In this document: in pieces, positions 63,835 to 64,000 of the stretch
Numbering within the stretch: position 1 is the first letter of the stretch
How the letters are laid out: each line of letters starts with the position of its first letter
From: Squalus acanthias
Taxonomy: Eukaryota
Assembly: GCA_030390025.1 (NCBI GenBank)
Contig: CM059438.1
Coordinates: forward strand, 53,322,001 to 53,386,000
Length of the DNA stretch: 64,000 nucleotides
Reading direction: 5' to 3'
Notes under the pieces: generated by a model
What the model was told of the DNA's origin: nothing
Database searches by the model: none
Seen by the model: only the letters and a program-made list of their open reading frames with translations
Translations under genes and position numbers: made by a program

Positions 63835-64000
63835 ATAGAATTTGTATTTATATAGTGCCTCATCACATCAAGAAATCACAAAACACTTCACAACCAAATG
63901 AATCATCATGTAGGTGAATGCGGTACCAATTTGTACACAGCAAGATCCCACTAACAGAAAACAAAAATCGGTTTTCTGGAGGTGGTCATTGAAGGAGGAA
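63835..64000 (-). mobile_element. Deu-domain SINE 3' part, running off the window
   Basis: TTGTATTTATATAGTGCC and CACAGCAAGATCCCAC as in the other copies. Confidence 0.6.

Overview
This is eukaryotic vertebrate DNA, most likely from a cartilaginous fish (inferred from the shark-type CR1, L2 and Deu-SINE repeat content). Two host genes lie on the minus strand: an intronless neuropeptide Y receptor best matching NPY4R (36985-38100) and the last eight coding exons of the SNF2 helicase HELLS/LSH (49888-62270). The left end looks like a buried chromosome end: a 4.4 kb CpG/GC-box-rich 17-bp satellite, then a polarised, degenerate interstitial (TTAGGG)n tract. The rest is mostly mobile DNA. It includes a complete CsRn1-clade Gypsy LTR element (tRNA-Trp PBS, CHCC gag, GTGT TSD) inside an L2, and a small Penelope-type inverted-repeat element with a hammerhead ribozyme motif on each strand. 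It also holds a cluster of PIF/Harbinger derivatives, a full-length decayed Tigger in a HELLS intron, many nested CR1 copies, old SINEs and five minisatellites. All calls were made by eye and from recall; no searches were run.
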